A stretch of DNA of 26,884 nt from a virus (lineage: Duplodnaviria > Caudoviricetes), in the IMG/VR virus record IMGVR_UViG_3300012665_000552, positions 1-26,884 of that record; one strand, written 5' to 3'. Positions within the stretch are counted from its first letter, which is position 1. Each line of letters begins with the position of its first letter. The translations under genes were made by a program, and so were the position numbers. This document shows, in pieces, positions 1 through 9,257 of the stretch. The notes beneath the pieces are model-generated. The model did not search any database. It was not told where the DNA came from and saw only the letters and a program-made list of their open reading frames with translations.

Positions 1-2
1 GT

Positions 3-206
3 CGTTGGAATTGTGAAAGCATTGAAGAGATGCGTCAGCTAATTGAAACAGCTGAGAAGGTACTGGCAGAACACATTGTTAAAGTTAAAGGCGGTTACGA
101 GCTAAAATCAAAGCACGGCAACAAGAACTTAGGCAAGTATCCAACTAAAGCTGGCGCAGAGAAGCGTGAGCGTCAAGTACAATATTTTAAACACGCAGGC
201 AAATGA
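3..206 (+). CDS. 3' end of a truncated ORF; basic, probably head-associated protein
   Basis: Open frame from position 3 (RWNCESIEEMRQLIETAEKVLAEHIVKVKGGYELKSKHGNKNLGKYPTKAGAEKRERQVQYFKHAGK*), ending in TGA that overlaps the next ATG (ATGA). Not in the ORF track. Confidence 0.75.
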   Translation, partial: RWNCESIEEMRQLIETAEKVLAEHIVKVKGGYELKSKHGNKNLGKYPTKAGAEKRERQVQYFKHAGK

Positions 207-1102
207 GAGCTCAAGAATTTACTCCGAGTAAATTAGTCATCTTTGATATAGATGACACGCTAGTCCACACGCAAACTAAAGTACACGTGGTTAAAGACGG
301 ACAAGTAGTTAATAGTCTTAACAGTCACGAGTTTACACACTACAAACTACAGCCCGGCGAGTCGTTTGACTTTGAAAACTTCCGTAATGCCCACGACTTC
401 TTTCACAACAGCAAGCCTATCATTCCTATGATGAATCGATTGAAAAAGGATATTGCTACAGGCAACAAAGTTGTTATGGTAACTGCTCGAGCAGACTTTG
501 ACGACCGTGAACTGTTCTTAGATACATTCCGCAAGTACGGTGTTAACATGAGCAAAGTACACGTTTACCGTGCGGGCAACATGCCTAACAAAATTCAAAC
601 AGAAGAAAAGAAAAAGATTATTATACGTGACTTATTAAACAAAGGACGTTATACAAAAGCAATTATGTACGATGATGCTGTACCTAATCTAGAATCTTTT
701 ATTGAACTTAAAGACGAATATCCACAGACTAAGTTTTATGCTTGGCATGTTAGTTTAGAAGGTGAAGCAAGTGAGTACCATCGCACCAATGAAGATCAAT
801 CGTTAGAAGAACGCAAAAAGAAGCGTCGAGTTCGCAAGGCAGCATATGGTCCAGGCCCGTATGGTGGCTTTGGCTATTACACTGGATATAGCGGAGATAG
901 TAGTGGCGGAGATGGCGGCGGTGTAGAAGAAAACTTTGCTGATGGAAAGAATCCACAAGACAAGGGCGATAGTAAACGTCACGGCATCAATACTAAAGCA
1001 AGCGTAAGCAGTTTACGTAAAACTGCTAAACAAGGCGGACGTAAAGGACAGCTAGCCCATTGGTTAGCTAACATGAAAGCTGGGAGAGCTAAAAAGAAAT
1101 GA
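203..1102 (+). CDS. HAD-superfamily phosphatase (PNKP-phosphatase-like) with a basic/Gly-rich C-terminal extension
   Basis: Motif I IFDIDDTL, motif II VTAR, motif IV MYDDA. About 100 aa of low-complexity basic tail follows the domain. Confidence 0.75.
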   Translation: MRAQEFTPSKLVIFDIDDTLVHTQTKVHVVKDGQVVNSLNSHEFTHYKLQPGESFDFENFRNAHDFFHNSKPIIPMMNRLKKDIATGNKVVMVTARADFDDRELFLDTFRKYGVNMSKVHVYRAGNMPNKIQTEEKKKIIIRDLLNKGRYTKAIMYDDAVPNLESFIELKDEYPQTKFYAWHVSLEGEASEYHRTNEDQSLEERKKKRRVRKAAYGPGPYGGFGYYTGYSGDSSGGDGGGVEENFADGKNPQDKGDSKRHGINTKASVSSLRKTAKQGGRKGQLAHWLANMKAGRAKKK

Positions 1103-1482
1103 AAAAACTAATAGCAATTTTATTTGTACTATCACTAACAGGTTGTGCTAGTATTATGGAAATGATACCTAGCCGCTGGGACGTTAATCAAGCCAAAGTA
1201 ATTACAGACATACAGCAACAAGCTCGCCGCTTTGATTGTAAAAGCGATCAAACAGCACAGCTTAATGAGTTAGCCAAGAGTATAGAATGGTTTGACATCT
1301 ATGCTAAAACAAAGCCTACTAAAGACATTGCTAAACTAACTGGCACAATGGACAAGACCATACAAGAGTATCAGGAACGTTTGAAAGCAGGTCCAGTAAG
1401 TCCGTTATACTGTGACTTGAAAACTAAAATTATTCGACAACAAGCTGACATCCTAGCTGGATCAGTCCAAGGAAGATTCTAA
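1099..1482 (+). CDS. Predicted lipoprotein
   Basis: MKK, hydrophobic stretch, lipobox LTGC; ATGA overlap with the upstream gene. Confidence 0.7.
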   Translation: MKKLIAILFVLSLTGCASIMEMIPSRWDVNQAKVITDIQQQARRFDCKSDQTAQLNELAKSIEWFDIYAKTKPTKDIAKLTGTMDKTIQEYQERLKAGPVSPLYCDLKTKIIRQQADILAGSVQGRF

Positions 1483-2460
1483 ATGTCTTTGTATATATGG
1501 ACAGGATTAGGATTTACTAAAAATATTAAATGGATTCCTAATCCAGACGGTACGGGCTACATCGTAGCACCTCAATTGCCTAACCTTACTACAGAGGAAG
1601 AAATTGTGAATCAAGAAACAATATTAAACTATTACGATACATTAAACATTACAGATCGTACAGCATTAGTTGCCGCCATACGCACAGAAGAGCAAGCTAT
1701 ACTAGCACGTGAAAAAGCAGAACTCATAGCACGTAATAAGGCATTAGGTGTGCCTAACGGCAAGACTATGGAACAGTATAGTACTAGTGCTTGGCAGATC
1801 AAACAAGACTATCCAGACAGTGAAGATGGCTTATACTGGATCCGCAATGATGATTTCAACAATGGTGATCCTGTACAAATCTATTGTGACATGACTACCT
1901 TAGGCGGGGGCTGGACACTAGTTGTACAGAACTCGGGCAGTGACTGGAGTCCAGAACAAGTGTTTAGTTGTAATGCGATAACACCTCCTGAACAGTTAGT
2001 TAGTTGCGATGTACAATCGATTGACCATAACTACAGCATACTAAGTTGGGCTGATAAGATTAAGCGTAGCGAGTCAGGATTTGATTTTATGATTACTGCT
2101 CGCGAACACGGCACACGTGGAGGTGCGTGGACTGCTAACGAACCATACTCATTTATACAAACGCTTGAAGATGTTGATTTAGGTGATCCAGACTTGGGTA
2201 CACCAGGCTGGCGCAAGAACATTACAGAACTAGCACATTTTGGCGCCGGGGGCAACACTTGGAACTACGGTACTGAAAGTATGGAAGCACGTATGCCTTG
2301 GGTGGGCATTGGTATTAACTGTGGTTGGTTAACTACAGATGGGTTCCGTGGCGGTTGGTGGGGGTCACTGATTACTGATTGCGGTTGGTATCCAGCACCT
2401 TGGTTAAGTGATATTGATGGCGGCGGCCATCCAGGTGTTATTTGGTATTGGGTAAGATAA
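1483..2460 (+). CDS. Fibrinogen C-terminal-like (YCDxxxxGGGW) domain protein, probably virion-associated
   Basis: DGLYWI...QIYCDMTTLGGGWTLV motif; Trp/Gly-rich C-terminal domain. Confidence 0.7.
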   Translation: MSLYIWTGLGFTKNIKWIPNPDGTGYIVAPQLPNLTTEEEIVNQETILNYYDTLNITDRTALVAAIRTEEQAILAREKAELIARNKALGVPNGKTMEQYSTSAWQIKQDYPDSEDGLYWIRNDDFNNGDPVQIYCDMTTLGGGWTLVVQNSGSDWSPEQVFSCNAITPPEQLVSCDVQSIDHNYSILSWADKIKRSESGFDFMITAREHGTRGGAWTANEPYSFIQTLEDVDLGDPDLGTPGWRKNITELAHFGAGGNTWNYGTESMEARMPWVGIGINCGWLTTDGFRGGWWGSLITDCGWYPAPWLSDIDGGGHPGVIWYWVR

Positions 2461-2470
2461 GGAGAATATT

Positions 2471-2701
2471 ATGAGCGTATTATCAGAATTAATTACTAGT
2501 GGTAACCAATGGGCGGCTGAACGTGCCCAGTATGCTTTACAAGTTCACGAGGCTGTAGGCGCAGGACAACTAAGTCCTAGCGAAGCCAAAGAGATCTTAC
2601 AAGATTTGATTAGCACAGAGAAACTAGAAGAAGCTGCCGCTGACCAACAGGCACGTGCCGCCCTAGTGTTTGGTGTTACACAGCTAATCAGTTTGTACTA
2701 A
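2471..2701 (+). CDS. Hypothetical small helical protein
   Basis: Strong SD (AAGGAG) before the ATG; 76 aa; 3' end overlaps the convergent hemA by 14 nt. Confidence 0.7.
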   Translation: MSVLSELITSGNQWAAERAQYALQVHEAVGAGQLSPSEAKEILQDLISTEKLEEAAADQQARAALVFGVTQLISLY

Positions 2702-3887
2702 ACAACTTAGTTAAGGCTTCAACTAAGTCTTCAATCATACCATCATCATGAAACGGAGTGGGAGCAAAACGTAACCGCTCCGTTCCCACATCTACGGTAG
2801 GATAGTTAATTGCTTGTACATAGATGTTATAGTCATTTAATAAACTATCGCTCATAGCTTTAGCTTTCTTAGCATCTCCTACAAACACTGGCACAATGTG
2901 ACTCGTGCTACACTCCATAACAGGTATGCCCGCGGCTGTTAATCTATGCTTTAGTTTACGAGCACGTTCTTGATGCTTTTCACGTATCTCAGGATGTGCC
3001 TTAAGATACTTAACAGCAGCCATAGCACCAGCACAGCTAACCGGACTCATGCTAGTTGTAAAGATAAAGCCAGCGGCAACTGATCTAATAGCATCGGCTA
3101 CAATCTTATCGCAGGCAATGTATCCGCCTTGAACTCCGTAGGCCTTTCCCAAGGTACCATTGACTATGTCAATTTTGTTTTCAAGTCCAAGCTCTTCTAC
3201 TTTGCCACCGCCAGTTGCTCCATACAGTCCGACAGCATGTACTTCATCAATGTAAGTGATAGCTTTGTATTTTTCAGCTAGCTTACATATTTCTTTAATG
3301 TGTCCGCAATCACCGTCCATACTGTATACTGATTCAAATACTACACAAGGAGTATTACCTTGAGCAAAACTAATCTTAAGTTTCTGTTCTAGATCTTCTA
3401 AGTCATTATGTTTAAAGATAACTTTTTTAGCCTTACTGTGACTAATACCTACAATGATTGAGTTATGATTATTCTCATCACTGATGTATTCAATGTTCGG
3501 AATGATTTTAGCTAGAGCAATTAGAGTCCATTCGTTAGCTACATAAGCTGAACTAAACAACACAGCCTTTTCTTTCTTATGTAGGCCAGCAAGCTCGTGC
3601 TCTAAAGCAACGTGATAGTGACTAGTGCCGCCAATGTTGCGTGTTCCACCTGAACCACTACCTGTATGATCAAGAGCAGTGTGCATAGCATCTAGTACAA
3701 CTTTATGCTGACCCATGCCTAAGTAGTCGTTGCTACACCAATTGACAATGTTTTTAATATTGTATGGGCCATACCAAATAGCGTTAGGGAACTTACCGTT
3801 CTCGCGAACAATATCGTTGAACACACGATACTTGCCGTTTTCTTTTAAATCTGCTATTAGTTTTTCGAAAGGTTGTTTATTGATCAT
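2688..3887 (-). CDS. hemA: 5-aminolevulinate synthase (PLP-dependent, Shemin/C4 pathway)
   Basis: [54 protein letters not shown] (PLP Lys), [24 protein letters not shown] at 3887 preferred over the track's TTG at 3896. Confidence 0.92.
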   Translation of the reverse strand: MINKQPFEKLIADLKENGKYRVFNDIVRENGKFPNAIWYGPYNIKNIVNWCSNDYLGMGQHKVVLDAMHTALDHTGSGSGGTRNIGGTSHYHVALEHELAGLHKKEKAVLFSSAYVANEWTLIALAKIIPNIEYISDENNHNSIIVGISHSKAKKVIFKHNDLEDLEQKLKISFAQGNTPCVVFESVYSMDGDCGHIKEICKLAEKYKAITYIDEVHAVGLYGATGGGKVEELGLENKIDIVNGTLGKAYGVQGGYIACDKIVADAIRSVAAGFIFTTSMSPVSCAGAMAAVKYLKAHPEIREKHQERARKLKHRLTAAGIPVMECSTSHIVPVFVGDAKKAKAMSDSLLNDYNIYVQAINYPTVDVGTERLRFAPTPFHDDGMIEDLVEALTKLFSTN

Positions 3888-4482
3888 TGAATTCAAACCG
3901 ATGTGAGTTAATGTTTACAGTTAGTGATATGCGTCTATCTGTAGTGTTGTTTGGTTGTACTCTATGTTTGAGCCAACCTGGAAATATTAATAAGTCGCCT
4001 GGTACCGCAGGCATTTCCGTCCATAATGTAAAGTCTGTTACTACCGGGTAGCCAGTCATGTGATATTCTAAAGGATTTCTAAATTCCATGTTACCGCTAT
4101 GTTCAGACCGTTGTAAGTAATAGGTAACTACAAACACAGTATGCCCGTGATCGTGTTCCTCTAACTTGGCAGTATTATCGTACCAGTTAATCCAGCTTTT
4201 TTCAGCCCATAACTTAACGGGTAATAAATGCCAGCGACTGCGTAACATGTCAATACCCGCCCCAACAGCATCACGCAAATTGGCAAACTCATCCCACATA
4301 AAGGGATGATCAGGCTGTGTAAAACTAGTCCCGCCTGTAGTAGGATAATTACTCCATTCTGTAGCAAGCGATCTGTTGATAATTTCCGTACATTTAGGCT
4401 CAATTTTTGCCCAATCTAATGGTACATGTGTTTTGTACACTAAATTATCAATGGTAGAACGAAAGATATCATTGTTTATCAT
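3877..4482 (-). CDS. 2OG-Fe(II) oxygenase (phage TIGR02466-like)
   Basis: SWIN...HDH...VVTYY...[15 protein letters not shown]...RISLTVN: HxH...H metal triad and RxS 2OG-binding motif. Confidence 0.85.
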   Translation of the reverse strand: MINNDIFRSTIDNLVYKTHVPLDWAKIEPKCTEIINRSLATEWSNYPTTGGTSFTQPDHPFMWDEFANLRDAVGAGIDMLRSRWHLLPVKLWAEKSWINWYDNTAKLEEHDHGHTVFVVTYYLQRSEHSGNMEFRNPLEYHMTGYPVVTDFTLWTEMPAVPGDLLIFPGWLKHRVQPNNTTDRRISLTVNINSHRFEFNDQ

Positions 4483-4490
4483 AGTGACAC

Positions 4491-4505
4491 TATTTAAGCT
4501 AAATA
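4491..4505. promoter_or_regulatory. Back-to-back T4-type late promoter cores (TATTTA-AGC-TAAATA)
   Basis: Inverted TAAATA pair in the 42-nt gap between divergent genes. Confidence 0.65.
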
Positions 4506-4524
4506 TTGACAGAGGATATTACAA

Positions 4525-5205
4525 ATGGCCGCAAACGGAATTTCAACATTAGCAACTAAAGAGTTGCGTCAAAAAGCTAAACTAGACTTAGCTCAGCAAA
4601 ATAGACTCACTGACGGTAATACTAGGGCCTATTATGATATCACTCAATTGCCTACACAGTACGATGATAACGGTATTATTGATAATGCTAATTCAGGCGG
4701 ATTAGTTGTTGGTCGTCCTTGGAAAGCGGATCCAACAGTAGGCGGCGCAGGATTATATCGCAGAACTTATACTGGATATTGGGCAATAGATCCTACTTGG
4801 TTTGATGGAAAAACAGCAACAGCAGGCGCAGCCACTAACGGATTTGCCTTAGCAGGAACATCACAAACAAGTTATATGTGGACAGGCTATTTTAAGCCAA
4901 ACACAACAGGCATATGGACTATTAGTGCTTCGAGTATTGATGACAGTTGTGCTGTGTGGATCGGACCAACGGCATTGACTGGATACACTTGGGCTAACGC
5001 AGACGGCAAGGCAGACTTAGCCACTGTTGGAGGTTCGTTTAGTTTTACTAAAACAGTAACAGCTGATACCTACTATCCAATGCGTGTAATATACGGTAAC
5101 AACCCAGGTGTTGGTAATATGGCATTGACTTGGAACAGTGGCAGCGGCGACAATTCCAGCTGGTCCGGTAAACTATATTACAATACTGCTACTAACGGAT
5201 TTTAA
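4525..5205 (+). CDS. Virion protein with a PA14/GLEYA-like carbohydrate-binding domain
   Basis: WTGYFKPNTTGIWT...SIDDSCAVWIG...YYPMRVIYGN pattern typical of PA14; SD GAGG; upstream TAAATA. Confidence 0.7.
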   Translation: MAANGISTLATKELRQKAKLDLAQQNRLTDGNTRAYYDITQLPTQYDDNGIIDNANSGGLVVGRPWKADPTVGGAGLYRRTYTGYWAIDPTWFDGKTATAGAATNGFALAGTSQTSYMWTGYFKPNTTGIWTISASSIDDSCAVWIGPTALTGYTWANADGKADLATVGGSFSFTKTVTADTYYPMRVIYGNNPGVGNMALTWNSGSGDNSSWSGKLYYNTATNGF

Positions 5206-5224
5206 AAATTAAGGAAGAACACAA

Positions 5225-5560
5225 ATGAACATAGCAGAATTATTACGCGGTCTAGCAGACAAGCTAGACGGCATTGAAGGCGGCAACACTGACAGTGACA
5301 ACATGGGCAAGCAAGCCAGTGACTTTCAACATAATGTTGATGACGGCGCAGAGTCAGCAGGTAGCGATACTGGATTAGAACAAAATCCAGTTATGATTCC
5401 ACCACTACAACAGAAATTAGAAATTCTTAAGAAGACAGCCGGCATGGGCAATGCCTTTGATGATGCTGGATCAAACGAGCTAGATGATATTAAAAAGTTA
5501 ACTGGTATCAAAGCTGTAGTCCAACACGTTGCCGGCGAAGACAACGACGTTCTAGGATAA
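5225..5560 (+). CDS. Hypothetical acidic protein (MNIAEL N-terminus)
   Basis: SD AAGGA; 111 aa; PPLQQKLEILKK segment. Confidence 0.7.
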   Translation: MNIAELLRGLADKLDGIEGGNTDSDNMGKQASDFQHNVDDGAESAGSDTGLEQNPVMIPPLQQKLEILKKTAGMGNAFDDAGSNELDDIKKLTGIKAVVQHVAGEDNDVLG

Positions 5561-5564
5561 ACAG

Positions 5565-7523
5565 ATGTCTATTAGAAAGTTACGAGCAGGCCGTGTTCCG
5601 ACAGTTACCGCCAGTCAGTACATTGGCGAATATGGTGCTATATTCTGGAATGAATCAACAGGTGAACTGAGACTAAGTAACGGTGTTACACCAGGTGGTT
5701 CACCGGTAGGCTTTCCTGTAGCATCATCAACAGAACTCGGTGGGATTAAAATAGGTCCTGGAATTGTTCTTAATAGCGAAGGACAGATACTGATTGACAG
5801 CGAAGGACTTGAGTTTAGTTTTGGAGACTTCTCAGGCACCGTAGGAACCTATGCTGTGGGTAATCCTAAAGCAGGTGAAGACTATGCTTTACTAAAAAGC
5901 CTTCACACCGACGAAGATATTGTTCTAGCATCAAACGGCGACGGTGTTGTTAGAATTATCGGTGACTTCAGTGTTCGCACTCCCAACGGTGGATTAGACG
6001 GTGCTCTACTAACAGAGCCAATCTTCCGTGTCAGCGGTGATGGACAGGTTCGTATGTTGGTTCCTCTAGCAGATGAAGTAGCAGGAGCATTAGAGATCAT
6101 TGGCAATGACACTGGGATATATGTTTCACCTAACCAGACTGGTGTTATTGTACACGTTACTGGCAACAGTGGACTGGTTTGCCGTAATTATTTTGATGCC
6201 AATGCCAGCTACGCACTCTTAGCAGGACGCAGATACAACGGCACACAGAGCGCACCAAGAAGAGTCTTGAACAATGAGGTTATATTTCGATTAGTTGGCC
6301 AAGCGGCCAATGCTACTACTAGTAATGGCGATGCTACATTTGGTACATTTGGCCCTGCTCGTATCAGTTTCTATGCCAACGAGGATCAAACTCCCACAGC
6401 ACAGGGTGGACGCATTGCCTTTGAGGTAACCAAGAACGGATTTGCCGCAGACGGCACAGGCACAAACACTATCACAGCAGCCTACATAGACGCACAGAAT
6501 GGCATCACAGCTACTGAGTTTAACGGCCCATTAACAGGTGATGTCACAGGTAATGTCACAGGTAATGTCACTGGCAATGTATCGGGCTCAGCAGGATCAG
6601 TAGCAGCCGCAAATATTACTGGCACAACATTAGCCAGCGGAGTAACGGGCAGTAGTTTAACATCTGTTGGCACATTGAATGGACTAACAGTTAATAAGTC
6701 TACCTCTGGCACAGCAGTATCTATTACAGCAACCAATGCGGCACCGTATGGTGGCACAGCAAATTGGCAGTTTGTGGGTAATGGTAACATTGGCGGTATT
6801 GGTAGTTGGATACAGTTTCCAGATAGCACACTACAGGCCACTGCCTGGACGGGCACAGCGGCTGCTGGCACACTAACTGGGACAACACTGAACTCCACAG
6901 TGGTAACAAGTAGTTTGACTAGTGTGGGCACATTGACCAACTTATCAGTGACAAACACTATCACCGGATCAGTAAGTGGTTCAGCCGCTACGCTAACAAC
7001 AGCACGAAACATCAATGGTGTTAGTTTTAATGGCAGTGCTGACATCACAGTCACAGCGGCCGCAGGCACACTAACAGGAAACACGTTAGCATCAGGAGTA
7101 ACAGCAAGTAGTCTAACCTCAGTTGGCACATTGACCAACCTAGCCATTGCTACAGGTGGAACTATTACCACTCCGCGAGTTGTAATCAACGATGGTGGTA
7201 TTAGAACAGTTAGTGGCGGCACAACGTTGACTATTGACTTTGCTACAGATAGTATTATATTGTGGACAGCACCAAGCGGCACAGCGGCTATTACACTGAG
7301 CAACTATACAGCAGGAGCACAGGTTAAACTAATCATTGCTCTAACAACTAGCCGTGATATTACTTACGGTATTAGTAGTGCGGCGCACAGTTCAACAGGC
7401 TCGGACAACTGGAACGGAGCAGGCGGCGGATCAATTGACATTGCCAACACCGCAGTTCATCTCGAATACACTTGTATCACAGCCTTGGCAGCAGGATGTT
7501 ATGTTAAAGTCACAGCTAACTAA
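5565..7523 (+). CDS. Tail/head fibre-like protein
   Basis: N-terminal GEYGAIFWNESTGELRLSNGVTPGG; Gly/Thr/Ser-rich; GNVT repeats; three SSLTSVGTL repeats; TARNINGVSFNGSADIT fibre motif. Confidence 0.8.
   Translation: MSIRKLRAGRVPTVTASQYIGEYGAIFWNESTGELRLSNGVTPGGSPVGFPVASSTELGGIKIGPGIVLNSEGQILIDSEGLEFSFGDFSGTVGTYAVGNPKAGEDYALLKSLHTDEDIVLASNGDGVVRIIGDFSVRTPNGGLDGALLTEPIFRVSGDGQVRMLVPLADEVAGALEIIGNDTGIYVSPNQTGVIVHVTGNSGLVCRNYFDANASYALLAGRRYNGTQSAPRRVLNNEVIFRLVGQAANATTSNGDATFGTFGPARISFYANEDQTPTAQGGRIAFEVTKNGFAADGTGTNTITAAYIDAQNGITATEFNGPLTGDVTGNVTGNVTGNVSGSAGSVAAANITGTTLASGVTGSSLTSVGTLNGLTVNKSTSGTAVSITATNAAPYGGTANWQFVGNGNIGGIGSWIQFPDSTLQATAWTGTAAAGTLTGTTLNSTVVTSSLTSVGTLTNLSVTNTITGSVSGSAATLTTARNINGVSFNGSADITVTAAAGTLTGNTLASGVTASSLTSVGTLTNLAIATGGTITTPRVVINDGGIRTVSGGTTLTIDFATDSIILWTAPSGTAAITLSNYTAGAQVKLIIALTTSRDITYGISSAAHSSTGSDNWNGAGGGSIDIANTAVHLEYTCITALAAGCYVKVTAN
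6534..6581 (+). repeat. 4 x 12-bp in-frame tandem repeat (ACAGGTAATGTC-like; TGNV)
   Basis: ACAGGTGATGTC ACAGGTAATGTC ACAGGTAATGTC ACTGGCAATGTA. Confidence 0.9.
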
Positions 7524-7535
7524 GATAAGTACAAT

Positions 7536-7946
7536 ATGAAAGTAAGAGAACTCCTAAACGAAAGTCTACAAAAGAAAGATACATATCCAATCCTATTGGA
7601 TTTTATTCGTTTCGCTGCCAAAGACTTAGAGCTAAACAGCTTGCCAAAGTTTGACTTTGTATTTGACAGCGAAGGATCTATTGAGCGCAAGAGCTTTGGC
7701 GGATACATGCCAGGCGAAGAGTTTATTACAATCACAGTTAAGAATCGTCACATCATGGATGTATGCCGTACACTAGCACATGAGCTTGTACACTACAAGC
7801 AAGACCTAGACAACGAGCTAGAAGATGATGAGGCAGGATCTACAGGATCACCGCAAGAGAATGAAGCCAATGCCCGAGCGGCAGTTATCATGCGCAACTT
7901 TGGAAAAGCATTTCCGGACATGTTTGGCAAAGAATCAATCATATAA
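7536..7946 (+). CDS. HEXXH zinc metallopeptidase-like protein
   Basis: RTLAHELVHYKQ...ENEANA (gluzincin-type third ligand); N-terminus MKVRELLNES. Confidence 0.7.
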   Translation: MKVRELLNESLQKKDTYPILLDFIRFAAKDLELNSLPKFDFVFDSEGSIERKSFGGYMPGEEFITITVKNRHIMDVCRTLAHELVHYKQDLDNELEDDEAGSTGSPQENEANARAAVIMRNFGKAFPDMFGKESII

Positions 7947-7964
7947 AAAGGCCCCGTAGGGCCT
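7944..7964 (-). terminator. Intrinsic terminator for the minus-strand small-gene cassette
   Basis: Minus strand reads AGGCCC-TACG-GGGCCT-TTTTA: cUNCGg tetraloop plus U tract. Confidence 0.8.
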
Positions 7965-8000
7965 AGTGAATGTTACGCTATTCTGGCGAACAAGCTATGC

Positions 8001-8264
8001 TTACTTCTTAGTTCCGCTATTTACGAAACCATAGAACTTTTCAGCTGCCTCAAGTACTTTGTCCATACCTGGGAACTCTGGCATTGCTACGCTAGTTGTA
8101 ACTGAACCGTCTGTGTTACGCTTCTGTTCAAATTCCCAACCTGCGAACTTGGCTTTGTACTCTTGTTCAACGTGTTCTTTAGCCATGGCCAACACATCAG
8201 CACGGATTTCGTAACCGTTCTTGCTGAACTTAACTTCTGGTAGTTTTGGAGTAAAATCAGACAT
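8001..8264 (-). CDS. Hypothetical phage protein (KNGYEIR..VL.MAKE...AEKFYGFV)
   Basis: 87-aa ORF; SD AGGAG; TAATG coupling to the upstream gene. Confidence 0.75.
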   Translation of the reverse strand: MSDFTPKLPEVKFSKNGYEIRADVLAMAKEHVEQEYKAKFAGWEFEQKRNTDGSVTTSVAMPEFPGMDKVLEAAEKFYGFVNSGTKK

Positions 8265-8470
8265 TATTTTGCTCCTTTGTAAACTGTATCTTTAGCATTA
8301 GCAACTAGTGTTTGTGCAAGTGTTAGAGTTGTGTCAACCCAACCTTGATAAAACTTAGTTTGTGCTTCGATTAGTGTTACCAATTTTGATTGGATTTCTT
8401 TATCGGTAACGAATGTGTTAACGATTGTTTTCTTGCCACTTTGAATGGCGTCGATAGTTTGATTAAACAT
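8264..8470 (-). CDS. Small amphipathic helical protein, possibly phasin-like
   Basis: ATG at 8470 preceded by AGGAGA; MFNQTIDAIQSGKKTIVNTFV... The track's start at 8548 is the -35 box. Confidence 0.65.
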   Translation of the reverse strand: MFNQTIDAIQSGKKTIVNTFVTDKEIQSKLVTLIEAQTKFYQGWVDTTLTLAQTLVANAKDTVYKGAK

Positions 8471-8519
8471 ATTTTTCTCCTGTGTGTATGTTTTGTAACA
8501 ACATTTTGCTGTTACAGTT

Positions 8520-8548
8520 ATTATATATGCCTTTCGTGAGAAAAGCAA
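8520..8548 (-). promoter_or_regulatory. sigma70-type promoter
   Basis: TTGCTT-N17-TATAAT on the minus strand, upstream of ATG 8470. Confidence 0.7.
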
Positions 8549-8565
8549 CTGTTTTGCGAACTTTT

Positions 8566-8682
8566 TTACTCGTAAACTGCTTTAGCTTCGTCCACACGCC
8601 CTTGACGTGCTAGACTAGCCGCATAGCGAGCTTGACCGAAAGATTCTAGTACTGACCAGATGGTGTTTAAAATTGATTTCAT
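8566..8682 (-). CDS. 38-aa small protein, not in the ORF track
   Basis: MKSILNTIWSVLESFGQARYAASLARQGRVDEAKAVYE*; SD AAGGAG; ATGA overlap with the upstream ORF. Confidence 0.75.
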   Translation of the reverse strand: MKSILNTIWSVLESFGQARYAASLARQGRVDEAKAVYE

Positions 8683-8858
8683 AAGTATTGCTCCTTTTGA
8701 GAGTGGTTAAATTGTTGGATATAGTTTTCCAACTGTGCGGCATCGGTAATGCCTTTGGTGCTTAGATACGCATCTAAGCGGCTTTGATAAGAGCTATCTG
8801 GGAACATCTCTGCTAGTCGCTCTAATATGGCTAGCATCTTTCTTGATATTACATTCAT
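8679..8858 (-). CDS. 59-aa small protein, DUF3563-like, not in the ORF track
   Basis: MNVISRKMLAILERLAEMFPDSSYQSRLDAYLSTKGITDAAQLENYIQQFNHSQKEQYL*; SD GAGGA; minus-strand TAAATA at 8904-8909. Confidence 0.7.
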   Translation of the reverse strand: MNVISRKMLAILERLAEMFPDSSYQSRLDAYLSTKGITDAAQLENYIQQFNHSQKEQYL

Positions 8859-8947
8859 TTTTACTTTCCTCTGTAAGTGTGTGTAGAGTTTTGTTCTACT
8901 CAGTATTTACCATTAGTAATGTTACAACTAGATTAATTCCAACCCAC

Positions 8948-8987
8948 TTGATTTTACCAAAACATTCATGTACAATTACTATAAATA
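8948..8987 (+). promoter_or_regulatory. Tandem sigma70-like and T4 late promoters
   Basis: TTGATT-N17-TACAAT (8948-8976) followed by full TATAAATA (8980-8987). Confidence 0.65.
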
Positions 8988-9005
8988 CAGTTGGAATATA
9001 ATAAT

Positions 9006-9257
9006 ATGCGTAAAAGTACAAGATCAATTTTACAAGAACTTAATGACGTTGGCCTTAATCGCGACACTGATCTAGTTGTCGAGAGTAGGGGTTCAAACAT
9101 CATTCAAAGCGCCATCAACTTATTAAATCTAATTCGTGAGAATTACGATGTTGAAACAGCCGCCGAACTGGAACGCAGATTCATCAACAGCATCAAAGCT
9201 AATGATGCTACTAAATTCAAACGTGGCATTAAACGTATCCAGGAATCAAAAGAATGA
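9006..9257 (+). CDS. Hypothetical phage protein
   Basis: ATG at 9006 (MRKSTRSILQEL...), weak GGA SD; ATGA overlap with the next gene. Confidence 0.75.
   Translation: MRKSTRSILQELNDVGLNRDTDLVVESRGSNIIQSAINLLNLIRENYDVETAAELERRFINSIKANDATKFKRGIKRIQESKE

Noticed and set aside
6482-7303. 273-aa antisense ORF, and similar shadows (e.g. 25863..26423, 9229..9588, 18121..18429)
   Set aside because: They lie opposite well-supported genes, lack SDs and motifs, and are explained by biased codon usage on the sense strand.
8471-8548. Extended starts in the ORF track (also 3896, 8991, 12187, 20665, 21354, 23148, 24335)
   Set aside because: They fall in promoters or upstream genes; downstream ATGs have SDs or stop/start coupling.
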